64,000 bases of DNA, taken from positions 6,801 through 70,800 of the forward strand of contig JAHWKN010000001.1 of assembly GCA_019347875.1 (NCBI GenBank), written 5' to 3'. A program made the position numbers and the translations under genes. Each line of letters starts with the position of its first letter. The first letter of the stretch is position 1. Under the pieces are notes generated by a model. The model was given only the letters and a program-made list of their open reading frames with translations, ran no database searches and was not told where the DNA came from. Shown piece after piece: positions 63,495-64,000 of the stretch. The DNA comes from Candidatus Parcubacteria bacterium (GTDB taxonomy: Bacteria; Patescibacteriota; Saccharimonadia; UBA4664; JAHWKN01).

Positions 63495-63998
63495 ATGTAT
63501 CAAAAGCTGTTCTCATTACAGGAAGAAACACTCAAAGTTATCGCCAACCAGAAGCGGCTGGAGATTATTCAGCTGCTCAACAACCGCGAGCTGACGGTTA
63601 GCGAGATGATGGAGATGCTGGGGTTGCCCCAGGCCAACCTGTCGCAGCATCTAGCGCTGTTGCGTATGGCTAAGATCGTGGCCACCCGCAAGCAGGGCAC
63701 CAGTGTGCACTACCGCTTAACCGATCCGGAGATCGCCGCCGCCTGCGGTCTGGTGCGGGAGTTTTTGAAGCGGCAGCACCGCTTTGATCCGGACATGAGA
63801 GAGCTCTTAGAGATGGATCACGACATGTACCCGGTGGTAAAGGACGTAGTTTGCGGTATGCGCATTAGTGCGTCGGAGGCGGCCGGCAGCGCCATCCAGG
63901 GCGGCCGGACCTACTACTTTTGCGCTTCGGGTTGCGCAGAGCGGTTTTTGGCCCGGCCAGAGCGCTACGAAAAATCCCAGGAGCTGGTCGATGGATAA
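63495..63998 (+). CDS. ArsR/SmtB-family transcriptional regulator fused to a C-terminal YHS/TRASH metal-binding domain
   Basis: HTH VSEMMEMLGLPQANLSQHLALLRMAKIV. C-terminal DVVCGMRI...YYFCASGC (YHS Cys motif). ATG at 63495 preferred over the listed 63468 because a palindrome spans 63457-63473. Confidence 0.8.
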   Translation: MYQKLFSLQEETLKVIANQKRLEIIQLLNNRELTVSEMMEMLGLPQANLSQHLALLRMAKIVATRKQGTSVHYRLTDPEIAAACGLVREFLKRQHRFDPDMRELLEMDHDMYPVVKDVVCGMRISASEAAGSAIQGGRTYYFCASGCAERFLARPERYEKSQELVDG

Positions 63999-64000
63999 AA

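Noticed and set aside
1-64000. Scanned for rRNA, tmRNA, SRP RNA, RNase P RNA and CRISPR arrays
   Set aside because: None of the conserved cores I know appear (no SRP GGUGCUGUUU/AGGUCAGGAAA-type helix 8, no tmRNA resume-codon context). No array of three or more regularly spaced direct repeats was seen. Absence is by eye and therefore not definitive.

Overview
This 64-kb window covers a bacterial chromosomal origin region: recF, dnaN, dnaA (all on the minus strand), then rpmH, rnpA, yidC and jag on the plus strand. DnaA-box clusters lie in the dnaN-dnaA and dnaA-rpmH gaps. The DNA is high-GC (about 60%) and gene-dense, with many 4-8 bp gene overlaps. The envelope-facing gene content looks Gram-positive-like and would fit a small-genome, CPR/Saccharibacteria-like organism, but I cannot establish taxonomy from this sequence. 

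Main blocks, in order: 
- 6.5-19.4 kb: a Wzx/Wzy-type surface-polysaccharide locus with GT4 and GT2 glycosyltransferases, gmd, two Fcl/Rmd-like reductases, a DegT-family enzyme with the PLP lysine replaced by His (ColD/E1-like 3-dehydratase signature), a Wzx flippase and a Wzy/O-antigen-ligase-like protein. The middle of the locus is lower-GC, suggesting a mosaic origin. galE and manC lie at 28-30 kb. 
- 19.4-28.1 kb: a four-gene minus-strand operon encoding giant secreted proteins (amidase_2, subtilisin S8, and a third catalytic-like head), each followed by tandem NBR1-like Ig repeats. An 802-bp apparently identical duplication is shared between two of these genes. 
- 30-36 kb: VanW, lexA with two palindromic operators, cfa, then tRNA-Asn and a NUDIX gene. 
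- 36.7-41.9 kb: a low-GC accessory island next to tRNA-Asn. It contains tRNA-3'-end-like direct repeats, a frameshifted GIY-YIG gene, a prepilin-like protein, a ParB/Srx-like protein plus a hyper-acidic tandem-repeat protein, and a divergent pair consisting of a MEDS-domain coiled-coil protein and a tandem SLOG/LOG-like protein. Perfect consensus promoters and repeated leader elements occur here. I consider this the best candidate for an undescribed system. 
- 42-50.3 kb: malic enzyme, pyrF, a GNAT-TM-lipase fusion, and a two-subunit ATP-citrate lyase (aclB/aclA). 
- 50.4-64 kb: two LtaS/sulfatase-family membrane proteins, a small YLDPGSGS peptide followed by a kinase-like/methyltransferase fusion, an SDR oxidoreductase, a possible eRF1-like protein, a ChaB-like protein, a phosphoribosyltransferase preceded by the same palindromes seen upstream of lexA, an FMN reductase, a DUF421 protein, an IsaA-like transglycosylase, a GDPD, and an ArsR-YHS regulator with tandem palindromic operators. 

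No rRNA, CRISPR array, integrase or transposase was found.
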